This document shows, piece by piece, positions 36,729 to 48,994 of a stretch of DNA of 53,009 bases. Where the stretch lies: contig NMRA01000876.1 of the NCBI GenBank assembly GCA_002633005.1, positions 1-53,009 of the forward strand, read 5' to 3'. Source of the DNA: Phoronis australis (lineage: Eukaryota > Animalia > Phoronida). The translations under genes were made by a program, and so were the position numbers. The notes under the pieces are model-generated. The model worked only from the letters and a program-made list of their open reading frames with translations. It did no database searches and was not told the origin of the DNA. The first letter of the stretch is position 1; each line of letters opens with the position of its first letter.

Positions 36729-39300
36729 CTGGAACACCAATATTAATCTAGGATTCATACAACGCTTCTACGACCAGTAGATCTAACTAACATTACGTAC
36801 CTACCCAGTTTACGGTAGAGTCTCGGAGTATTTCCAGGCGCGAAACTACCCTAGAAGTGGGTGATTATCATCAACGCACTGAGTTAATCGAGCGTTCTGA
36901 ACTAGGTTGTCAAGGTTTTCGCATAGTTCTCATGCATTTATTCCACTACATTATTAACTGAGAACACGCCAAGAACATCTAGACAACGTGCACTACAGGT
37001 TAGCTAATAGAAAACCAATGTTCATCGCGTAGAATTCAAAAGCATGAATTACAGTATAAGTCCGCGTAAGGCAAAAATGGCAATTGTAGTTCTAACGTAA
37101 TACGATAGCAGAGAAAGTTGTATTAAGGTATTTCAAGTGACGTCATCACTTAATTTGTGTGTTCACCATGTTGGACGTGTTGAAACGTCCAGCTGTCGTT
37201 GTCGTTGCACATGATGAAACGGTCATTGTAAAGCAAAAAATCCAAGTAGAGTTGGATCAACGTAAGTGACCTTCAAGTTTAAGGAGCAAAATGCAAGACA
37301 CGAATACTTCGTTTACACAACTCTCTTATTGTTCACTGTTGCCTCCAAATTGTGTACTACCACGTCTTTTGTGTTTTGTTGACATACATGTAAAGACATG
37401 CATACTATGCTAATTTAGTTTAAGCAGTGAAAATGCTGATTACAACACAGTTCGTAACGCTTAAGTAACTCAGAACCTGCTTGTGAATGTTCATCATACA
37501 CATCAAGGTTTAAAGGCGATAGGGGAAAAACTTCCCCGCCTGGAAACATTCTGAGATTCAAGTGTAAGCGAGATAAGCAAGATTTACTTGTGCATGGGCA
37601 CACAGACCAGTAGCCGCAAAATCTCTAAGCCTAAGCTCAATGTGCTTGGTTTAAAATTCCCAAAATAGAATTCGTCGTTAAAAACAAAAATTATAAATAA
37701 CTATGGGCATGAGGCCATCAACTGATTAAAGCCTAATCGATAAAAATTCAATCTCATGCATTGAATTCGCCATCAATCCCGCTTTTCGTCTTATGTAGCT
37801 GAACTTTAAGGCACTAGAATATTTGTTTTCTCGAGCGTAAAACCTTTTAGACGTATTCATCGAAGATTAAATATCTACCTCTTATTGTTTTCGTTCATTT
37901 TGACTACACTGAATTTACACTGTATTTGAACGACAAAGCGACGGATTTCCTATTTCAAAGAATCTTGTTAGCCATTTCTGCTTGGCTAATATATGGAACA
38001 TTTCTCGTTTCCATGATGGGACACGCTTCATCAAACATACATTGAAGTAAACTTGAAAAATCTAAAGCTGCTCAAAGGCGGTGAGTTGCCGAAATCAACA
38101 CCAAACGTGTGTGTCAGTAGAACCACTTCATTAAATTTTGTAATATGGCTTCAAACCGTTGACATCCGTTTTGAATACGGAAACCAAAGTATTGAATCTG
38201 CCGTTTGGGATCACACGAAATGTCGAAGCAGTCAGCGACATCTGTTTCTATTTTGTTGTCTAAGGGCACAGAGGGCTGTGCAGCTCCCCCAAAATAGAAT
38301 AAAATTGAGTGGTTTGGGTTTGATTTCAGTTTTGTGGACTAGATGGGAAGTGATTGCCACAAATGTTATTCAGTAGTTCCCTGAAGTTGCTTTGAGTAAA
38401 TTGAGTCCAGAAAGTTGGCCTGTGCTCTTGTCTACTATGATGCGGAAGTGTAGCCATTTTGACACCACATCCTTGTTGAGTCTTGAATTCTTGACGCGAA
38501 TCCATGTACCCCTCAGACAAGTAGAAATTGTCAAAAATCTGGTTGGTAATGACATATTTTAACCTACATTTTTGAAATCTAAAGTAAAAGGGCATCAGGA
38601 TAGTCTCTTTTCTTGCACCGGGAGAGCCGTGAGTTTGTGATTTTACGTAAAATATGTGTGGATTCTGGGATGTTGTGCGATTGTGGGGGATGTTGAAGAG
38701 AGTTTTAGAGTGTTGTAGTCATTGTGTGGGTGTTTTAAACTTTGTAGGGTGTTGTGCTGTTTTTAGGGTGTTGTGGCACCTATACGCTTCCATATAATCA
38801 TAGCTCAATTCCCAATACTCAGTTAGCTTAAAGTGTGCATATGAATGACAGGCACCTCCGGTTTGAGCTGACAGAAGTAAAATATTCCACGCCTGGAAAC
38901 AATATGATTGAGACTCCATGTAACGATACTAGGACAGGCTCTGCTCATAGCGGTATTCAGGTCTGTGACAAAATCAACATCAGACCTCCAGGGAATTAAA
39001 TAGAAATTGCGGCTGGCGCAAAATAAAACTGCCACCGTGCAGTATTCGGGTCCGTCCGAAACTCAACTTTAGAGGTGCACTCGTCAAAAGTAACGTGTCC
39101 TCCAGATATCAAGACGACTTTTCAAACTGTTTGGCAGATAAAGAGGCGGACGCCAAGAAATGTCATTAAAATTGCAACAGAGAGGCGTAAAAATAGTTGA
39201 CTCGGACGGGAAAGGTATGGGTAACATCGCCTTCTTGATAAAAGAGAAATTCAAATTTCATTCACTTTGTAACATGATAGACATAGCGGCAACCACTTAA

Positions 39301-41201
39301 AGGAGAATGCTACCCAAAGACAACCTAGTTTGTATCAATTAAGATTGAGTAGTTCCACTTGATAACAGCAAGTACAGCTCTTTTACCGGACACCTGACGG
39401 CAGACGGTTTTGAAATTAACCAATGACGTCAGAGGTTCGAATGCAATCTGGTGTCAGCTTATCGCGTGAATTCATCGTTTAACACCAATAAATAATCAAA
39501 ATTTGATGTAAGACCCTAACAAATACATCAAATTATTGAAAAAACGTGTTATTTTATTTCGCTGTTACGGAATTTTTGGTATTTGAACGTACCGTAGCCC
39601 ACAAAATTCGGTATGCCAAGTTACCAAAGTCGGTCGCGGGATTTTGGGGTCTGCTGGGTGATACAATCAAATTATTCGTCCGTGAACATAACTGTGTGAT
39701 GTAATTTTAGATTTGCGATTTTTTCAATTCTAAACCCACAAAACGCTTGTTATCCCGGGCAGAGGCTCAGAACCCAGTCAGGCCCATCACGGCCGGACTG
39801 AAGACATCACGAACATAATCAAGCCAAAGAACTAAACTTCCGTTCACGAAAAGACTATACTAGTGATCCAAAGAAAAAATGTGCATTTGATTATTTTGGT
39901 GAATTAATCGCGAAACTGCAAATCTACTTACTAGGTCGGAGGGGGCCGCGAAGACAGGTTACCCTTCCGCAAAACCGTCAGGGCAAAAGTTGTACAATAA
40001 CAAAGATTCGAATAAAGATTCCCCTAACATCTGACCATAAGATATAAAATCGAGTTATTGTTTTACAACAGCTTTCTATCAGCAAACACTGAATTAGCAT
40101 GCGCTCACACGGCGTCGGTGCCCGGTCAATTAGTTTATTGTATCTAAAGCCGGTATTAACGCAGTGATTTATTCATTGCTAGCTTCTCAAAACATTTGCA
40201 CTCACGCATTACTAATTGTATCTAATGAGACAAACTTTGTTTCAGTTTTATATAAGTATTGGTTAGGGTGAGAATAACTCTAGTCATTTTGAAACGGAAC
40301 GCACAATAATAAACGTCAACGTGGCAACTCGCAATCCCTCACAGGTCGATCGTTAGGTTTCACAGACTCTATCAGTTCGAACCGGAATACACTGATCAAG
40401 AAATAATACAGAGGCTCCGTGAACGAGCATGGACAACGGAGCATATGGATAGTTCCGAAAACCATTTGAATGACTTGTCATGGTGTCAGTGAGCTAACTG
40501 CACGATAATGGAAACGACTGACGCTTGCGTTTGCTGCCACGAAATTCCGCAGGTGAAACGCCTTCTTTAGTGGAGAAGCGCAGATATGTCTCACGAACCA
40601 TCCTGATTTTGCACCGCATCTAAACAAATATGTGCTTACGACGTTTTTTTAGAGGGCTGAGAAAAAGAACTGGCGAAAACATCCTACACCAGAGGACCTC
40701 ACTAACGAGTCTGTCATCAAATAGGTTATATAAATCGTTATGTTCTCACGCCTTAAATTAATTGTAATTGTTTATGTTTTCATGGTCAGCTACAATTCTC
40801 CATAATCAAATACTGACCAACAACCGAACCGACGAAATGCAGGCCACGAACAGCCACGGCGAAGTTTCACGGCCTCATACTTGGTCAGTATTAACGGCGT
40901 ACTTTTCATTCTTCACTACCGCGAGTCACTTCCGAAGCATTATGGGCTCTCGAGGAAATCGAAAAAATGATATACCCGTTTTCCTCGCAGCTTCAGAGTT
41001 CGCACAAGCGGGAACGATACACCACACCACAGCGGCACTCACTCTGTAGAAGAACCACTGACGTTGCTGCGTCGTTTCTTACCTTCCTCACAGGTTAACG
41101 TGACACCTCTCGGCGAGATAAAATCGACCGTATGCGAGGTTATGTGGATATAGACCCATTAAGGCGGAAAAGAGACTAATTTAATCGGGTGGCTTTCTCC
41201 T
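39301..41201 (-). mobile_element. Non-autonomous Kolobok-type transposon, copy 2 (in nAChR intron)
   Basis: TTAA|AGGAGAATGCTACCC ... GGGTGGCTTTCTCCT|TTAA; THAP remnant on - strand ~40830-41030 (WCIVPAC...GISFFRFP...GLHF). Confidence 0.92.
40370..40710 (+). pseudogene. KolX / P2X7 cytoplasmic ballast-like Cys-rich domain remnant
   Basis: YQFEPEYTDQEI...DLSWCQ*ANCTIMETTDACVCCHEIPQV, then after a frameshift QICLTNHPDFAPHLNKYVLTTF. This matches the WCxCxxCxxM...CC.E...C...HPxF...LNxxVL pattern. Confidence 0.75.
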
Positions 41202-41456
41202 TTAAAATTGTCACAATGTGGTGGGATGTGTGCAGAAGTAGTCATTATCTGTCACCTGCATCATAAAAACAAACCAATTGCATAGAAACGATCAGGAGAT
41301 ACAGCATTGGACGCAGGACGAAGACACTCGGACAGAGATGACGGCAACGTGCACTCACATGTACATTTATGCGGTTGCAAAAATTTAGAAACCATTCAAT
41401 ACACAGACATATAAATAACGACTAAATAAAAGGTGAAAATGCAAGATAGATATTAC

Positions 41457-41625
41457 CTATTAAAGGTATAGTTAAAGAGGTCGGAGGAAGGATTTCGGAG
41501 ATAAGGAGTAATACCAAGGCCATCGATATCACCATGGTGACACACAGTGACACCTTCTCTCCAGCGTCTGGAGGCAAACAAAACGTCATCATGCCTATGA
41601 ACGTAATCAGAAGTCCTGGGAAAAC
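41457..41625 (-). CDS. nAChR-like subunit exon (M1, M2, M2-M3 loop)
   Basis: Acceptor tgcatttcag|GTT; VFPGLLITFIGMMTFCLPPDAGEKVSLCVTMVISMALVLLLISEILPPTSLTIPLI(G)|gtaata; 169 nt. Confidence 0.95.
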
Positions 41626-42052
41626 CTGAAATGCAAAAAAAAAACATTTTCGAACGTTTAATGAGAACTGTAAGATAAATATAACTGAATAATGGCGTAC
41701 TTAGGGATGGAGGAAAGGTTTTGACAATAAGCAATAATATTAGGGTAATGACCGAGATGTTCCTGGTGCAACGTGACTGAACTCACTCGAAGGGATCGGC
41801 CGAGCATCGTCACATACATGGCTAACTTACATATAGGCAATCTGCATTTATATGAAGTGCCCAGTAACCCTGAAGTCGTCACTGTTCTGCGCTCAATACA
41901 GCCAGATGACATGTAAATGTAAATGACGAAGTAGAGATTTAGGGCCTCAAATGAGTTTAAACTCTTTATTCAATGAATAGTACTTTCATAGATACCACAA
42001 CCTGACATTCTATTTCTGTGAGGCAAGTCTATCACTTTCGTGTGAAACGCGG

Positions 42053-42099
42053 TGTGTGCCTCTGTGTGCCTCTGTGTGCCTCTGTGTGCCTCTGTGTGC

Positions 42100-42196
<97 letters not shown>
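42053..42196. repeat. Compound (CCTCTGTGTG)4/(CT)n/(TG)39 microsatellite
   Basis: Direct inspection. Confidence 0.95.
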
Positions 42197-42197
<1 letters not shown>

Positions 42198-42255
42198 ATA
42201 TTCCATTAAACGAATAAATTAGAATTTTGTACTTAACCAGCGTAATATATCTCAC

Positions 42256-42386
42256 CATATTAAACATATAAAACATCTGTCTTCGTTGTATTACAATCGT
42301 ATATATCACGGTTGGATATTCTCCGTGGCCGTAGTTAGTCACTTTTTTCTTTGCTGTTACGTTCCGCATCACCCACTCAACGTTGA
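42256..42386 (-). CDS. nAChR-like subunit exon (loop F end, loop C, pre-M1)
   Basis: Acceptor tttctttccag|TC; (V)NVEWVMRNVTAKKKVTNYGHGEYPTVIYTIVIQRRQMFYMFNM|gtgaga; 131 nt. Confidence 0.92.
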
Positions 42387-44140
42387 CTGGAAAGAAAAAA
42401 ACAATCAGAAATGAATATTCAAAAAAGACTGTCAGTATTCCTTGCGCTCTCAGAACACGACTAATGCAATATCCCGAAACTTGAAAATGTCTCTTGAAAA
42501 CACACGTTCAATACTATGTTGTTTATTCACATTTCATATATGTTGCTTTACACACACGCTTCTTCGGCACAATATTCTTTAATTTCTTTGGGACGGAATC
42601 GTAAGCAGTATATCGAAAAATAACCTTGCGCAACCACTTTACAGCCGAACATATTTAGAAATAAAATGAACCTTGAATATTCTATGATGCCTTGGCAATC
42701 ACCTTAATGCATTCAAAATACGTTTACATTGCCAACTTTGTACACTTCAAAATAATCCTATATTCTCTTACTCACGAGGTTTATAGGTTTTCAAATAGGC
42801 ACGTATATGAACACGTCACAGAAAATGTCCTGTCTACTTAAGGGGTTACAGAGGGGTTCTCCTTTTTCAAGAATGATTTTGAAAAAGGTCATAGGTGATG
42901 TTTAATATCAAGCGTAAGTAACAGTCTTTTATACATGTATGTACACGCTCCTTTTTGCAGATGGGGTAATTCTGGTTCCGGAGTCGGACAAAAACTTGCA
43001 AAAAGATAGTAAATAATTTGGAGGATTATTGTAAAGAATGGAAGTATACTGTAGATATGTAAAAAAATTATGGTATTGAAAAAGGTCGGTATTTGAGAAA
43101 TTATGAAAAGCGTTGTTTAGATGGAAAAGATTGGGAAGAGACACCTGGTTTGTAGGTAAATTTTCACCAGAATGTATGTACGACGGGGCATTAAACGCCC
43201 AATTTTAAGTTAAAAACGTTGGTGGTTAATTTTTAGCAGGCATCTTTGCGAAGAAACCTTAGATCACTGGAGCTTGGAAAATTATCAGTGCAAATCGCCG
43301 ACGTTACCGCTTGAACATATTTAAGGACCACGCCGCTACTTTTCAAGTAGTAAACGTAAACAAAAACCAGAAACTTACATTGTCTTAGAGAATAAATAAC
43401 CTAGTGACGAACCATATTGGAAAACAAAGGTAACGCAAAGTATACATGTATGTAGACTCCTAGAAAAATGTAATTTAGCAAAAATGACTTACCAGATTCA
43501 TACGAAACTTTCAGATACTTTCAGATATTATAATTTGCGTTGCGTTCTCCGAAATGCTATGACATGTTTTTAAAATTTTCCACATGTACATGATGGGATA
43601 TCAAAAAGGGCTTGTACTTTCGGAGCACAAAATAAGTTTTATGTTTTACAATTTTAATTATATTTCCCACTTTACTGGCTTTCTTACATCAGCGTAAGAA
43701 AACTTTTTTCTTTGATTTAAAGAGCCTTAAATTTTTGTGTTTTGGCTTCTACACAAAAATACACTGTCGATTTTTTTTCTTTCCTGTTTTATTTTGTTGA
43801 CCATGTGTTGGTGATTTTATAATATTGTTGGAGTAATATAAAATGAGTTTAGGTCGACGTGTATACTCGAAAACGAGAATTTTGTCTTTAATGAATTCTA
43901 ATTTGTCACTTAAATTAAGTCAATCTAATGTCTACACTTACTTTTCTCTGCTGTCTAGTGGGACGTCATTGCGAAATTTTATGTCAGGCCTCATTATTTA
44001 AAACTAAAATATCAAAACAACGCAAAAAATCGAATTAAATAATCTCTTATTGGCAGTAAAACAATATTCAAATGTTTTCAAAATTAGGTAATGTTGTAAG
44101 ACAACAGTTGTTTTAAAGCAAGTGTCGAACTCCATTAAAC

Positions 44141-44480
44141 CATAGATTATAGACAACAGATACGCAACTCCGACATTTTCTTGCGCAGCATCCTGGAGGA
44201 GGCGCCACTCTCCTAAATTACCAATTTTAGTTAGTGTACATGACGGGAAATTCTCGCATCCATTTTACTGTCGTAAAACGAAAAAAAAAATCGGCATTGA
44301 AACGCTGTTCAAAGTCTTCCAATATTAGAACTGTTGGTATCGTGAGTACTTTTAGCACCCGACCACACAACAACCGACCATGATTGGCAGACGACGTAAT
44401 TGTCAGGTGTCGCTAGTTACATCACAGATTTCGTCCATTGAAAACATACGGAGTTGGCGGGCCATGTTCTATAGTCTATG
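44141..44480. mobile_element. 340-bp MITE with 7-bp TSD (P-element-like termini)
   Basis: CATAGAtTATAGA ... TCTATAgTCTATG; perfect TSD ATTAAAC at 44134-44140 and 44481-44487; subterminal caactccg/cggagttg inverted pair. Confidence 0.8.
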
Positions 44481-44564
44481 ATTAAACAAACGTTTCACCA
44501 CGTGGTCAGCGATGCAGCACTTCCGTTTTCCGGCATGCAGGTGACTACAATGCACGTGTCTTAC

Positions 44565-44658
44565 CTCCATAGGAACCGAGATCGCCGGTTTTACTCATGA
44601 GCTTCCAATCAATTTCATTTTTGCTGAAGACCCAAGAGCCGAATTCTAGACTGCATGA
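44565..44658 (-). CDS. nAChR-like subunit exon (second Cys of the Cys-loop, loop B)
   Basis: Acceptor tttttttag|TCA; SCSLEFGSWVFSKNEIDWKLMSKTGDLGSYG|gtaaga; 94 nt. Confidence 0.92.
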
Positions 44659-45469
44659 CTAAAAAAATCGAGATATACTTTTCGTGAGCTAAAGCAACAG
44701 GATAAATTACAAATTGATAAGGTGTTCTGCAAGAGTAAATTGCCAAATCAAAAACCGATTTTGAGAGAGAGAAAGATTTTGTTTGACAACAGAACCTTCA
44801 TTCCAAGATACCTTATCCTACGTTTTTCGTTCTAGTTGAGAACACATGATGAGTTTCTTACAGTGTAGGGCCGTTTCGTACAGGAGGTTCTGCAGGGTCA
44901 ACATCGGCGGGCATTTTGCGGTGTACTACATAAGTTCAAAATTAAAAGTAAGAATCTTAATTAAATTCCACCTGTTTTTCAAGAATAAACGTCGTGTTGA
45001 AAGTGCTCATTTGAGAATGAGATTGTAAACATACGACTTGATATTCACTAGGCATTGCTAATAAATAAAGGACTCGCTTTTTGACACCTGAAAATATTAA
45101 CAGGGAAAAGGATCAGGGTGGAGAAATGAGACTGATTTAATGAAGACGAAATTACTGTAACATATTTGACAGAGCTCTGACAGGCTCTACCAAAAGTCTG
45201 ATAAAACTTTTACCAGAATTATTTAGCAGTTAAGACGAACCTTTGTCGCAATAAGATAACGCTTTTTTCGAGCTTTCGTCAGTTTACAGTGACGACATCG
45301 CTCTTACCCGTTAATTGTTTATTACGGATTTCGAGAACTTGCATAGAAAAACAGCTGTCGAAATTTTTGCCAGGACTGAAATGGTTTCTAGTCGAACATA
45401 AATAGATATTTGGTCGCGGTTTGATGAGCCCAAACTTTGTCAAATTTCAACGTTGTCCAGTTACTTTTG

Positions 45470-45538
45470 CATGGGCGGCGCACCATAGGGGGCTGGGGGC
45501 TTTAACCCCCCACTTTTTTCAGTGCTGCGTCGCCCATG
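45470..45538. mobile_element. 69-bp mini-MITE with 5-bp TSD
   Basis: TIR CATGGGCGgCGCAcCA / TGcTGCGtCGCCCATG; perfect TSD TTTTG on both sides. Confidence 0.8.
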
Positions 45539-45695
45539 TTTTGATAATTAGAGTGAGTGGCCTAAGCCCAAGGTTGATTTTTGTGACAAAAAGCGGGTTC
45601 ATTGCATGTTCATAAATATCTTGAAAAAACTAATACATGTATGATCAACAGGGGTGCTACGAAAATGAAATGCGCAGTAGATCTGCTTGTATTAC

Positions 45696-45843
45696 CTGTT
45701 CATCAAACGGGAAGTAGGTGATATCTATAGGGCAGGTACTAATGGTTTTGGCCGGAAAGTTCCACTGTACTCTGCCTTCCGAAGTGACAATAACCATGGT
45801 GTCCTGGGTTACGTCAAATGGGGAGTCGCCTTCACCACCAGCG
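45696..45843 (-). CDS. nAChR-like subunit exon (loop E, first half of the Cys-loop)
   Basis: Acceptor tttttatctcaag|C; AGGEGDSPFDVTQDTMVIVTSEGRVQWNFPAKTISTCPIDITYFPFDEQ|gtaat; 148 nt; with the next exon gives C-x13-C. Confidence 0.95.
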
Positions 45844-46984
45844 CTTGAGATAAAAACAACGTGAAAAAGAGCCATCCATTTTTAACAAGTGTCCTGCTGG
45901 ACCAGATTTAAGTCAGCCTTACTATGAAACAATGAGCAAACCGGTTTCACTTTCAGAATCAGAAAGCGCTAATTACTTTCACAACCTGCAACAAATTACG
46001 CGTGATTTTCAAAATCTTGTAAATCAACAAATACAACAAATTCCGATGTTTTTAGCTTTGGTCCAAGATAGTAACTTCGAAATGTCTATTCCATTCCATT
46101 CAAAAATGCATCGTTGGTTGTAAAACGACAATGGAAAGCCCCAAAGAGAGTTTTTGAACACTTAGATTAATTTCTTATGCACACATTTTGGTGAATCTGT
46201 CAAAGAACTTTTTCTACGTCAATGTACTTGATTTTCACCATGAAAGCATGCTCATGTGGCCACGAAAACTGCAATGTTGTGATTGGTATGACCAGAATCG
46301 GTACGAGTCCAAGGGTTTCAGAATATATGTACTTTTGGGCCTCAAAGTTAGTTGTCAGGTACTTGAGTATTTCAAGAAGAAAGCGACGTTTCCATGGGAA
46401 ATTACAAATTTCTTTAGCGACAAGGATCGCTAGTAGGTAACGTAAACTGTCCCTCCTGTATCCGTCTTTGTTAAGAACACGGTTAATACAGTGTAGGGCC
46501 GTCCCGAATTACACGGCGGTAGATCTCCTTTTTCTCGGAGATAAAAAAGCGCGCGACCTTGTTTTCTAAATCAGGCACCTTTTAGTGTCTCTCGTTGATG
46601 TCGGGAAGGCGAAGAATTTCACATTTACGCCATTCACGGATATTTGTTCAGTTTGTCAAACTTTCTCACTGAACTGACGAATTGCTAGCTTAACTAACCT
46701 ATTGACGGCTTAACTAACCAATCAGAACGCAGCATTCTTGACACACCTTCGTCTGCGTTTCCAAGCCGCCATTTAACCCGACAAAAATGTCGTTGTCGGT
46801 AAAGCTTATTTTAGTCTATAGTTAAAAAAATTGAGCGATAAGAATGGTGAAACGGTGTAGTTCTGGAAGTCCTTATACAGCTCGAGAAGTATATCCTGTC
46901 ATTTTTTGGGCATTTCCTAAGCCAGAAAGTGTTGCCGGTTGTGTAAACGATGAATCAAACTGTGTGGACGGCAGCTAAACTTAA

Positions 46985-48697
46985 AGGAGCATGCCACCCA
47001 AAAACAACCTAATTTGTATTAATTTAGATCGAGTAGTTCTACTCCATAACGACACGTACGGTTGCGTTACCTGATTCCTGACGGCAGACGGAGGTGTTGA
47101 AATTATCCAATGACGTCATCGGTTTCACACGCAATCTTTTCAGCAGTCCACAACACGGGTTACTTGTGTCAGCTTATCGCTTGACGTCATCGTTTAACAC
47201 CAATAAATCATCACTTCGATGTAAAATCCTTAAAAATACATCGAGTTCTCATAAAAACGTGTTGTTTTATTTCACTCTTACGGATTTATTGGTATTTGGA
47301 CACACCGTAGCCTACAAAGTTCGGCAGGCCAATAAGGTCCGTAGCAGGAGTTTTGGGTCTGTTCGGAGATAATTTTGAAGTATTTTCCGTGAGATACAGA
47401 CAGGAGAACCTAGGTGTGTGTTGTTTAGACTTGTGATTTTTGAGTTCTAAACACAAAACGCTTGTTACTGGCCAGTGGCTCGGAGCCCGATCAGGCGCGT
47501 CGCGGCCGGCCGGATTGAGTCGTTATCCCCGCCCCGCGCCTGTGGCTCGGCAACTGATAAGACATCACGAACATAAACCAGCCAATGTTCAGTGGAAACT
47601 AAACTTCCAGTCAAGAAAATACTATACTGGTGAGCCAAAGTAATGAGCACCCGATTATGTTGGTGAATTAGCCACGAAAGTGCAAATCTACTTATTCGTC
47701 GGGGGCCGCGAATACACTGAGGTCCCGCTTTGGCCACAGCACCCGGCCGTCAGGGCAGAAGTTGTACATTGACAGTCATTATTTGAGTAATGTAAATGTA
47801 AATAAAGATTCCCCTAACACCTGGCCATGGGATGGAAATCGAGTTGTTTCACAACAGTTTCTGCCAGCAAATACTAAATTAGCATGAGCTCACACGGCCT
47901 ACAGTCGGTGTCTCGGCGTCAATTAGTATTACTTGCACCTAAAACCGGTAACGCAGTGATTTACTCATTGCTGGCTTCTCAAATCATTTGCACTCACGAA
48001 CACTCCAAAGGCATTACAAATTGCGTCTAATGAGACAGACTTTGTTTCAGTTTTTTATAAGTATTGGCTAGGGTGAGAATAATTCATTTTGAAACAGAAC
48101 GCTCAGTAGTACTAAATAACGCCATCATGGTAACTCGCAATCCCGACTTAGGACGAGCTAGAGCTCATCAGTCCCGACTTCGCAGTTGGATCGTTAAGTT
48201 TTACAGGCTATCAATTCGAACAGGAGTACAGTGATGAAGAAATACTAGAGAGGCGTCGTGAACAAGCTCAGACAACGGAACGTATGGAGTTATTTGGTAA
48301 GCCGGCATTCATTCGTCAGGCACTGTCGACGTCTGCAGGCCACAGACACGGCGATGTTTCACGGCCTCATACTTGCTATTTACAGCGTACATTTCATTCT
48401 TCACTACCATGAGCCACTTCCTAAGCACTTCGGACTCCCGAGGAAGTAAAAAAAAAACGATATACCCGCTTTCCTCGCAGCTGTTTAGTTCGGACAAGCG
48501 GGAACGATGCACCGCAACATAGCGGCATTCACTCTGCATATGAACCACTGACGTAGCTAGCGTCGTTTTTCACCTTCCTCACAGGTTAACGCGACTCACA
48601 CCTCTTGGCAAGGTAAGGTCGACCGTATGAGAGGTGATGTGGATATAGACCGATTAGGACGGCAAAAAAGACTAATTAAATCGGGTGGCATTCTCCT
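46985..48697 (-). mobile_element. Non-autonomous Kolobok-type transposon, copy 3 (in nAChR intron)
   Basis: TTAA|AGGAGCATGCCACCC ... GGGTGGCATTCTCCT|TTAC; THAP remnant on - strand from ATG at 48520; KolX-like start (YQFEQEYSDEEIL) on + at ~48209. Confidence 0.92.
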
Positions 48698-48994
48698 TTA
48701 CCAATTATGCTGGATTACTTGAAGGTTAAACATAAAATTAATATATTTGTTCCAAGATATATACTGTTCAGTTTGGTGGCTATACTGTAGGTCTATCTGA
48801 TTTTGACTTCGGATTTTCACTCGTGTGGGGGCCCTTGTCTCGGCATCTGTTGGATCCCAGCACTAGTCTAGCGGTAGTCCCTGGAAAGTTGTTTTTAATG
48901 ATATTTTTATTATTTATCATTTATTTCGACCTATAATGGACATCGTTCTGTTTCGTAGCACAGGTAGATTTTTTGTTATTCCCATACCCGTAGG

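Noticed and set aside
42838-44050. Further TTAAGG-started elements (also near 36123, 37807 and 52200-52980)
   Set aside because: Probably old TTAA-type transposon debris, but matching ends could not be established
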